Virus record (IMG/VR): IMGVR_UViG_3300020269_000018
Location: 1-37,502 of that record
Reading direction: 5' to 3' (one strand)
Source: a virus
Lineage: Duplodnaviria; Caudoviricetes
Length of the DNA stretch: 37,502 nucleotides
Part shown: positions 17,030 to 25,700 of the stretch, piece after piece
Numbering within the stretch: the first letter of the stretch is position 1
Layout of the letters: each line of letters starts with the position of its first letter
Program-made: the position numbers and the translations under genes
Notes under the pieces: generated by a model
What the model was told of the DNA's origin: nothing
Database searches by the model: none
The model's input: only the letters and a program-made list of their open reading frames with translations

Positions 17030-17168
17030 AAGAGAACGTGACGCAAATGGTCGCTACACCAAAGAAGAGGTAGCGGTTGTTAGTCAATTGGGTGTTAATG
17101 ATGTACCCGAACCAACTGAACCAGTTGTCAAAAAAACATTTAACGGTAATACTATTACAAAAAGCTAA
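17007..17168 (+). CDS. Small hypothetical protein, 53 aa (RERDANGRY)
   Basis: GGAGG SD before ATG17007; ends just before the scaffold gene. Confidence 0.6.
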   Translation: MPQQKKSKRERDANGRYTKEEVAVVSQLGVNDVPEPTEPVVKKTFNGNTITKS

Positions 17169-17173
17169 AAATT

Positions 17174-18025
17174 ATGAAAGCTGAATTAAACGTACAAGAA
17201 ACAACACCTTTGTCACAAGAAGATGTGTCAAAACTTTCATCAGAAAATATTGATGAAAATGGTAAAATTCTTGGAAAATTTAATAGCCAAGAAGAACTTA
17301 TCAAAAGCTATAAAGAATTAGAAAAACTAAATACTGAAAAAAATCAAAAGCCATTAACACAAGAAACAGAAGAAACCGAAAGTACAATTGATCAAGATGG
17401 CTCTTGGGATCAATTTTATAATGAAGATGGTAGTGTTGATTATCTTAAAACAAAAGAAGCATATGGGGAAAAGTTAGGAGAATTGTTTGAAGAAAATGGA
17501 GTTGATCCTTTTAAAATTAGTAAGCATTTCCATGAGAATAACGGTACTATAACTGAGGAAATGTATGACGAGTTATTAGGTACAGGATTAACAAAAGCAG
17601 TAATTGATTCTTACTTACAAGGTAGAGCCAATGAACAAGGTTATACCCAACAAGTTGATCCTTATAATGATATTGTTGCTATAGCTGGTGGTGAAAAAGA
17701 ATACAGAGAAATGCTTGAATATGTTGGTACATTACCATCAGATCAAATAGATGCATTTAATAACATTGTTGATGCAGAGACTCCTAACGTGCCACAAATA
17801 GCTGTTACAGTACAAAATATGTACAATCAATATAAACAAGCTATGGGTATAGAACCAAAACTTATGTCAGGAAAATCACCAACTGCTCGTACTACTAATA
17901 CATTTAGATCTAATGCAGAAGTAGTAGCTGCTATGAGAGATCCACGTTACAAAAAAGATATAGCTTATCAACATGAAGTGCAGAGAAAACTAGCTGAAAG
18001 TGATGTTTTTGGTATATCTGAATAA
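17174..18025 (+). CDS. Capsid scaffolding protein (T7 gp9-like)
   Basis: GKF.S.EEL.KSY.ELE, AGGE..Y, FRS.AEV.AAM.DPRY..D.AY..EV..KL..S. Confidence 0.92.
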   Translation: MKAELNVQETTPLSQEDVSKLSSENIDENGKILGKFNSQEELIKSYKELEKLNTEKNQKPLTQETEETESTIDQDGSWDQFYNEDGSVDYLKTKEAYGEKLGELFEENGVDPFKISKHFHENNGTITEEMYDELLGTGLTKAVIDSYLQGRANEQGYTQQVDPYNDIVAIAGGEKEYREMLEYVGTLPSDQIDAFNNIVDAETPNVPQIAVTVQNMYNQYKQAMGIEPKLMSGKSPTARTTNTFRSNAEVVAAMRDPRYKKDIAYQHEVQRKLAESDVFGISE

Positions 18026-18288
18026 TGCCTAAAAAAAAATCTGTTTCACTTAGAAAAGAACATAAAAGTAAAACAGGTGGCCTTACTAAAAAAGGGCGTG
18101 AAAAAGTTAATAGAGAAACAGGTAGCAATTTAAAAGCACCTGTAACTGGAAAAGTAAAACGTGGTAGTAAAGCAGCTAAAAGACGTAAATCTTTTTGTGC
18201 AAGAATGAAAGGTGTTAAAGGTGCTACCAGTAAAGGCGGTAAGCTAACAAGAAAAGGATTAGCTCTTAAAAAATGGAAATGTAATTAA
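18025..18288 (+). CDS. Highly basic conserved phage protein, 87 aa (GGLT..GR...GSNLKAP, RRKSFCARM)
   Basis: TAATG coupling to the scaffold gene; K/R-rich. Confidence 0.75.
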   Translation: MPKKKSVSLRKEHKSKTGGLTKKGREKVNRETGSNLKAPVTGKVKRGSKAAKRRKSFCARMKGVKGATSKGGKLTRKGLALKKWKCN

Positions 18289-18554
18289 TCAACAAAATTT
18301 AATTCTTTTTTTGCTGCTGCTAATTCTTTAGCTTCAGTAATTTTAGTTAATTTAACTGTACTATTTACCATTTTTTTAGGATCAAAATCTTTAGGATCAG
18401 CTATTAAATATTCATCAGTAGGAATCAAATAAGTCATATCACCACCTGTATTAGCAAGACCTCTACCCCAAGATTCTGTTTTACCTGTATAGGTAATCTT
18501 ATAAATATCTGTCATTACCTTATGGTAATTGTCAAGAATTTTTCCTTTTGCCAT
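18285..18554 (-). CDS. Hypothetical protein after tail fibre, possible fibre chaperone
   Basis: GGAGG SD; last gene of the - strand operon; function by position only. Confidence 0.6.
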   Translation of the reverse strand: MAKGKILDNYHKVMTDIYKITYTGKTESWGRGLANTGGDMTYLIPTDEYLIADPKDFDPKKMVNSTVKLTKITEAKELAAAKKELNFVD

Positions 18555-18556
18555 AA

Positions 18557-21500
18557 TTAATAACCTCCAAATGATAAATGTGGTTTAGTGAAACCAGCAA
18601 CTTGTCCCCTTAAACTACCTGCTTGATTCCAAGAATTGTAGCCACCTGTATAGAAGTTACCGCCTTTTGTAATTATTTGCCAACCTCGTTGAGCATCAGT
18701 TGATCCTGTCCAACAGAAACCGTAAGGTTTTAATTGTTCTGGTTGATGGAACATTGGTACAAATGATGTGACATAATTTTGTGTAGCTTCCATGTCATCA
18801 GCATTATCATCTTCAAAGTCATACATTACAGGTATTTGCATACTACCTGCCATAAACATATTTCCAAATTCATCAAGCAAACATACTCTTGCGTAAGTTT
18901 CATCACTATATTGAGCAGGTATAATATCTACAATTTTACCCATTGGGAACTTCTGGTAGTTAGCTCCACCTACTTGTGTTATTGAAGCCCAAGTCATATC
19001 TGTTCCTTCATTTGGTCTGTTGTTATTACCAGTACTAGATTCGTAATCTCCAAAATCTCTAAACTTAATTTCAGCACCAAACCAATTTCCTTGAGCAGAA
19101 GCAGTTGCACCTGATGATGTTGATGTATTAGTACCTTGTTGACCATAAGTATTAAATCCAGTTGCGTATATTTTTTGAGGTAAACCAGTAGTTCCACCAT
19201 CAGTTATTAACCATATTGTTGAGTTTTCAGTATTACTACACGCTATGTAAACTACCTTTTGACTATCAGAGTTCCATAAAGTACTTGAGTTTGTAAGCAA
19301 TGTTGGTGTAGTGACGTTATTACTTTGTGATGTTTGGTATACACCAGAGTTATGTCCATAACCTTCTTGATAACCTGCATAATATACTTTGCCTTCATCT
19401 GTTAAGAACCATGTTGAACCATTATCTTCATCACCTTGATTACATACAACATGAACTATCTTTTTATTTTGTATAGGTGAACCTGCTACTGCTGTTATTT
19501 CTACAGGTGATGTTTGTTGAACTGTATTTCCTATACCTAAACTACCATGTGCATTTCTTCCAGTACCCCATAACTTACCTGATTCAGTAATAAAGAAAGC
19601 TGAATTATGTTGATAACCTGTACCAGTTATATAAATAATTTTTTCATTATTAAATGTACTTGCTGCATATCTTTTAGCGTAATAATTAGAAGTTGTAGAA
19701 CCATCACCTAATTGACCATAATTATTGTAACCAAATCTATATACGTTTCCTTCTGTATCTAAGAACATTTGGAAACCATTAAAGTCATAAGTTGTTGAGT
19801 CACCAGTATGTCCAACAGAAGCAAACACTTGTGTAATCTTAGGTATATTCGCACCTGTTAATTCTGTATTTGATTCATCATAAAAAGTCATTGGTGCAAC
19901 AACATATTGTTTATTGTTTGTAGTACCATCACCTTTTCCTCCGTCATTACCATAACCAGAGAACATACAAATACCGTTTTCTAGTAAGTGATACCCTTTA
20001 GTTAAATTTTTATGTATCTGTATAGTTTTTGGTTTAGTTACGTTAGTGCTGCCATCAGCATTTCTATAACCTAAATCATTACCATTAAAATCAGTTAAGA
20101 ATTTAGCATAAGTTGAATCGCCAGCTAAACATTTCTTCCACCATAAAGGCATACGATATTGTGACATCAATGCGTATGATGATACGTTATTAGGATTCAT
20201 ACCATAGCCAGCACCACCACCGTATGTATAACCATTAGCATCATTGTAACCGTTACCCCATTGGAAATAATTACCTTTTTCTGTAATAACTCCACCTTGT
20301 CTATAGCCTTGCATAACATGACCATATTTATATCCCCTACCACTATTTTTTAAATATGCAGGTACTGGAAGAATAGACTCTGTATATACATTGCGATCTT
20401 GATTAGGGTAGTTATGTCTTGGAGGTACTACATTTGCATTTAATGGTGCTACTAGATTGTCAAACCCTTCAGTTGAACCGCCTTTCCAGACAGCACCAAA
20501 TGACATATTTTTAACAGTAATAGTAATTATGTCTGCTTGATTTGCTTCATCACGAATAACAACTGTATCTGGTGTAGCTGCTGTAGGACTAAACTTTATA
20601 GTTCCTCCATTAGTAATAGATGCAGGTGATAAGCCAGCAGTTAATCTACCTCCACTACCAGCACCAGAGTAACCAGCAGCAGCAGGGTCTTTAATAGAAT
20701 AAGTTAAACCATTTGCAGGGAATGAAAAATTATAACTTCTACCTCTAACTAATTTGATATTAGTATTAGCTCCTGTAAAATTCTGTCTTACTATTGTTGG
20801 GGATGTTCCTGTAATGACACCATGTCCCATAGCAGAGTGAACAGAGCATTTATATTTAGTTATTGATGAAGCATATTTAGGTGCTACAAAAGTAACTGTT
20901 GCTCCTGATGAACCTGCTGTACCACTTGAACTATATCCGTCTGTAACTTCGTAATCAGTACCACTAATAGTGACATAAAACTTTAATACATGACTTGTAT
21001 TACTACTATCAGATACATCAAATGTATAAGTACTGCCAGCTTTTATTGCAATAGCTAATCTATCTGTACCATTTAGATGAAATTGGTTTTGACCACTTAC
21101 TGCTGCTACTGTAACTGTATAATTAGTTGTTGTGGCAGCAGGTGAATCATCAGCATATAACTGTGCAATTCTTACATTATTAAAATTAGTTGGAACATAA
21201 TGTGTATTACTATCAGTTTCTACACTTTCGTCTGGATCTGCTTCTACTGTTAAGTTTGATCCAACTACACCGATAGGTAATCTTTTAGTTGTAACATCAT
21301 CCTTATCTTTAGTTATTAAATCTCCTGATGTTGTCAAAACACTTGCTGCTGGTGCAGGTGTCATTATCTGCCACTTACTGCTAGTGTCAGGTGCTGGTGC
21401 TGGTGGTACTGTTATATTTTGGTTATATCCACCTAAGAATATTAATACATATAATGCATTATTATAATTAACTACATCACCTTTTTGATAGCTAGTTGTT

Positions 21501-21712
21501 GAACTGAAAGTGCCTTTAAAGTTAAGGCCAACTGTCATAAATTCAAATAAAGAACTTCCTTTTGGATCAGTTACATTATTACTTGGTACATTAGCTACAA
21601 CAACAAATGTTGAACCTCCAAACTCTACAACGTCATCTATTTCATAAGCGGTTGAAGATTGCCAAGCTCCCTTCCATTGAAACTTAAGTTTGCCTAAATC
21701 AATTTGTGCCAT
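18557..21712 (-). CDS. Second tail fibre / receptor-binding protein with RCC1-like repeats
   Basis: IDLGKLKF.WKG.W...Y..DDVV N-terminus; repeated G.VY..GYN.YGQLG.G motifs; CSVHSAM motif. Confidence 0.8.
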   Translation of the reverse strand: MAQIDLGKLKFQWKGAWQSSTAYEIDDVVEFGGSTFVVVANVPSNNVTDPKGSSLFEFMTVGLNFKGTFSSTTSYQKGDVVNYNNALYVLIFLGGYNQNITVPPAPAPDTSSKWQIMTPAPAASVLTTSGDLITKDKDDVTTKRLPIGVVGSNLTVEADPDESVETDSNTHYVPTNFNNVRIAQLYADDSPAATTTNYTVTVAAVSGQNQFHLNGTDRLAIAIKAGSTYTFDVSDSSNTSHVLKFYVTISGTDYEVTDGYSSSGTAGSSGATVTFVAPKYASSITKYKCSVHSAMGHGVITGTSPTIVRQNFTGANTNIKLVRGRSYNFSFPANGLTYSIKDPAAAGYSGAGSGGRLTAGLSPASITNGGTIKFSPTAATPDTVVIRDEANQADIITITVKNMSFGAVWKGGSTEGFDNLVAPLNANVVPPRHNYPNQDRNVYTESILPVPAYLKNSGRGYKYGHVMQGYRQGGVITEKGNYFQWGNGYNDANGYTYGGGAGYGMNPNNVSSYALMSQYRMPLWWKKCLAGDSTYAKFLTDFNGNDLGYRNADGSTNVTKPKTIQIHKNLTKGYHLLENGICMFSGYGNDGGKGDGTTNNKQYVVAPMTFYDESNTELTGANIPKITQVFASVGHTGDSTTYDFNGFQMFLDTEGNVYRFGYNNYGQLGDGSTTSNYYAKRYAASTFNNEKIIYITGTGYQHNSAFFITESGKLWGTGRNAHGSLGIGNTVQQTSPVEITAVAGSPIQNKKIVHVVCNQGDEDNGSTWFLTDEGKVYYAGYQEGYGHNSGVYQTSQSNNVTTPTLLTNSSTLWNSDSQKVVYIACSNTENSTIWLITDGGTTGLPQKIYATGFNTYGQQGTNTSTSSGATASAQGNWFGAEIKFRDFGDYESSTGNNNRPNEGTDMTWASITQVGGANYQKFPMGKIVDIIPAQYSDETYARVCLLDEFGNMFMAGSMQIPVMYDFEDDNADDMEATQNYVTSFVPMFHQPEQLKPYGFCWTGSTDAQRGWQIITKGGNFYTGGYNSWNQAGSLRGQVAGFTKPHLSFGGY

Positions 21713-21714
21713 AG

Positions 21715-22710
21715 TTAAATGTCAAGAACTAAATGTCCAGCTAATCCATAAGCTCTATTAACAGGATTATTAATCGCTAAAGTGAATTTAGGAGCATTAG
21801 GGGAAGTTGTACTAAGGATGTCCTCGCCTAAGAAATAAGCGTGACTTACTCCATTCTGTATAAAATCCTCTGCTCTGTAAATAGTGCTGTTTGGATCGTT
21901 AGCATTATTATAAACCATTCGTAACATTCCGCTACTTAGTCTTTGAAAACCTACAAAGATTGAAGTTCTTGCTAAGTTCTGTGCTGTACTTGCAGAATTG
22001 CTTGCAGTAACAGCACTTGCAGCAGCCTGACTTGCACTTGCAGCAGCTTGTGTAGCTGATGAAGCAGCAGCACTTGCACTAGCACCAGCTTGTCCTATAG
22101 CTGTATTTGCATTGGCTATACCTGCATCTAACTGACCTTTATTAACAGCATCACTATTGGCAGTACCATCAGCAAGATTTGTAATTTTATTAGAGTTTGC
22201 ATTTAGTGAACCAGCCATAGGTACACTTCCGTCAGTTTTTACAAATCCAGCAATATTTGTATCTACATAACCTTTTGTTGCTGCATCTTGTGGATCAACT
22301 GGTGTTAATAAATTTTTTAAAATTTTATTATTTGCAGTTAAATTTGTACCTAAAGGAACAACACCTGACGCTGTATCATCTGCATTTTCTTGCAAAGCAA
22401 ATAATATTTGTTCTGTATTAGTATCTAAATCTGATTCTGTTAAAACACTACCATCTTGGAAATCAACCTTTTTTTGACTAATATCTGTATTTCTTTGAAA
22501 TCTTATAGCAGCACCATTAGGAGGTATTTCTGATGTTATAAACTCAACATTCTGTCCAGAAATAGTGTAATGCGTACCTATCGTTTTAGATACCGCATTT
22601 ACAGTTACATCTATTTCTTCATCTGATAAAAAAGCAAATGATATTGCAAAAGTGTCTGATGTTCCGTTACCTTGATGCGTTACAAATGAAGGGGTATTAT
22701 TAGTAGCCAT
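21715..22710 (-). CDS. Tail fibre (T7 gp17 N-terminal domain), short adaptor type
   Basis: GNG...F.I.F.FL, RNT, VDFQDGSVLTESDLD, DAATKGYVD and DAVNKGQLD repeats, Ala/Ser coil. Confidence 0.88.
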   Translation of the reverse strand: MATNNTPSFVTHQGNGTSDTFAISFAFLSDEEIDVTVNAVSKTIGTHYTISGQNVEFITSEIPPNGAAIRFQRNTDISQKKVDFQDGSVLTESDLDTNTEQILFALQENADDTASGVVPLGTNLTANNKILKNLLTPVDPQDAATKGYVDTNIAGFVKTDGSVPMAGSLNANSNKITNLADGTANSDAVNKGQLDAGIANANTAIGQAGASASAAASSATQAAASASQAAASAVTASNSASTAQNLARTSIFVGFQRLSSGMLRMVYNNANDPNSTIYRAEDFIQNGVSHAYFLGEDILSTTSPNAPKFTLAINNPVNRAYGLAGHLVLDI

Positions 22711-22712
22711 AG

Positions 22713-25700
22713 TTAATTACCAAAAGCATTTTTAAAGGTTTCATTTTCTTTAATGGTTTCCCTGTATTGTAACTCTAATTTCATTTTATCTTGTATTACG
22801 TTTTGTACAAATGGCTCATCTTGATGATCTATGAAGAATTTTTCTTTGCCAGCACGTTTGAAAAATCTAATAATATCATCTAAACCTAAAGTATGTCCTA
22901 CTCTTGGATCACCATATACAACAAAATTTCTTAATTTTTCAAATTCACCTTCATTCTTAATTACTTTATTATTACGGTAATACTTTTCTATTTCTTCCAT
23001 GTGAGCAATAATATGTGGTTGATCAAAATATGCTGTTATTGCTTCTCTAATATTCATATTTCCGAATCTCTCGTACCCTTGTGTACCTTTTGGAAAAGTA
23101 AAGTTATTAATATATCTAATTAACTTAGTATAATTAGGACTATCTAAACCAACATCAACATCTTCTATCCCATCTACAGGATTCATTAATTCTACGTTTT
23201 GCTTTAAATTAGCATTAGGTGGTTCTGGTAAATAATTTAATATTTTAAAATTAGTAATTAATGGATTATTTCTACTTGTAGATTGATTTACCCAATTTAG
23301 TAACCATAGACCCTCACTTTGCTTATATTTTTTAACTTTTTCATCAGTAATAAACTCATATTCAAATGGATATTTCATTTCGCCTTTATCATTTATTCCA
23401 TCACCAGCACCAAAAATATGCTCATCTAATAAAATTTTAAAGTTTCTTAACCACCCTAATTGATCAAATCTAGTACTTAACATTTTTTTGTTTCTTAAAT
23501 TTTGATAATCACTTTCACTCATAATTCCTGTATTTTTAAGACCTAAACCGACATCATGTTTTGCATCTTTTAAAATTCTTGGTGCTATTGATGTAAGAAT
23601 ATTTCTTTGCAACCATGTTTTATTTTTTGTTGGATCTTCTATAAATTTAAAGAAATCTTGTATACCAAACATATTACCTTTATTTAAAATTGACCTTACG
23701 GTGTAGTAAGACAAACTAGATAAAAATTCACCAAATGTTTGTTCTGGCATTTGATCTGCTACTTTAAACAAATTCATAGCATTTATTAATACTTGTGAAA
23801 TAGGATCTAATTTTTGTATTGAATAATAGTCATATACTGGTTTGTTATCTGCACCTAATACTGGTTGTCCATCTTTCATTCGTAAAATACCAATTGATTC
23901 TGGTAATTCACCACTCATTTTTTGTAATTTAACTTTAGTTTGTTCCCAATCGCCACCAAAATAATTATCTGACGTACCATTAAAAACTACTCTTGGTGGA
24001 TTATTAGGATCATTTGATTTGTACATATTTAGTACAGTTGCAAATGCAGGTAGCAAAATAATATTGCCTAACATTAATGAACCTCTTGCTTGTCTTGCAA
24101 CTAAAGGATCTACACTTTTTAAATCTTGCCAAAGTTCTGGCATTAAAAAGTTAACTACAGGTGTTCTTCTCCAACCACGTTTCATTAAATTAACAGGTGA
24201 TCTTAAGAAAAACATAAAACGTTTTGCTATTGGTGATGTTGATGTTATACGATTTGCACCATCAGCAACTTGTCCAAAAATAAATCCTTTATTAAATATT
24301 GGTTCAGTAAACGTTTGTCTTTTTGCAAACTCTAATGACTGTTGCAATGCTTCTGCAAAATCATCATCTATAATCCCTGTCTTTAAAGCTTTTCTAGACT
24401 TGCTAAGTAACAACTCTTGCATAGACTTCAGATAATCCTGTACATGATCAGTTAACTTTTGACCTGTTTTGCCTAGTTTTAAACCAGATCTATATCCATG
24501 AAATGTCATAGAACCATTCAAAGCACCAGCTTGAAACAAAGCATCCATAGTAGTCATAACTTTACTACCACCTCTAAATGCTTGTGTTGGAAAATTCATA
24601 CCATCTTCAAGCATGGGTAATTTATCTGAAAAAGGAATTTTTGCTTTACCATCTAAAAATGCTGCTACTGCTTCTCCTAGTGGTGTGTTACGAAATTCAA
24701 AAGCTGGAATATCAAGCTTCTGACCACCAATATTGTAAGTCTTTCCAGAAAAAGGTAATTGACCTTCAATCATTTGACTAGAAAAGGCTCTTTCACTTAC
24801 ATTTTCTAGTTTTGTATTTCTTGGATTTATAATATTAACATCAGTCAACCATGATTTTTTTGCTACTTCGTTTATAAATTCTAAATCAGTAAACATACCA
24901 GTAAATGCTTTTAAATTTTCTTCGTACATTCTTGTATCTCCTTTAAATGCTTTTAGCATTGCATAAGGATCTAACATTAATTCAGCACCAAAAAATAATG
25001 ATTCAAGACTATTAGAAACAAAATTTACTGTTAATGTTGTGGGGTGAAACAGTAGTAAATTAATACTGAGATCAGTTAGTGGGTGTAATACCTTATCATT
25101 TAAAATTGCAGTTAATAAATTTTGTTCAAACAACTTTTGTAGTTTTCTTGGATCACCGTTTGCACGATTTAAGACTCCAAATAAATTATCTAGTTTTGTA
25201 TAATCACCATCTTTCATAGCTTCTGTATGTGCCTCATAAATCTTTGCTTGGAAATCACTAAATCTTTTACTGTAATTTTTTGAGTTATAAATAATTTCTT
25301 CTTTTAACTTTGCTCTAAATTTAAATTTTTCTGCTTCTGATAATTTAGCCCATTCTTGTGGATCTATACCCATTGTTGGTATTTGCATAGATCTTAAACC
25401 TTGTGCAGTTTTACTACCGATAGGTACTGCTAATTCTATCCATTCATCTATTTCTTTCATATTACTCAACACCTTTTCTATGTTTGCATCAACAAAACTA
25501 TAATCTTCATTTCTTATTGCCATTTTTAATCGTTTAGATAGCTCTGTATTTTTATTAGCCAACAAAGTTATTTGTTCTGCTAATGCATAATTAAGCTCAT
25601 CTAATGGTTCTATATTTAATATTTCAGCCATAGCCTGACCTCTAACTTTTAATTCCTGAGAATCAGCTAACATTGCAATTGCATTTTCAATTGTTGATCT

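Noticed and set aside
7580-18128. Short antisense or alternate-frame ORFs (7580, 9340, 10576, 12431, 12936, 15098, 16789, 17931)
   Set aside because: They overlap conserved genes and have no recognisable motifs.
18557-22710. Diversity-generating retroelement or shufflon acting on tail fibres
   Set aside because: No reverse transcriptase, template repeat or repeated crossover sites found.
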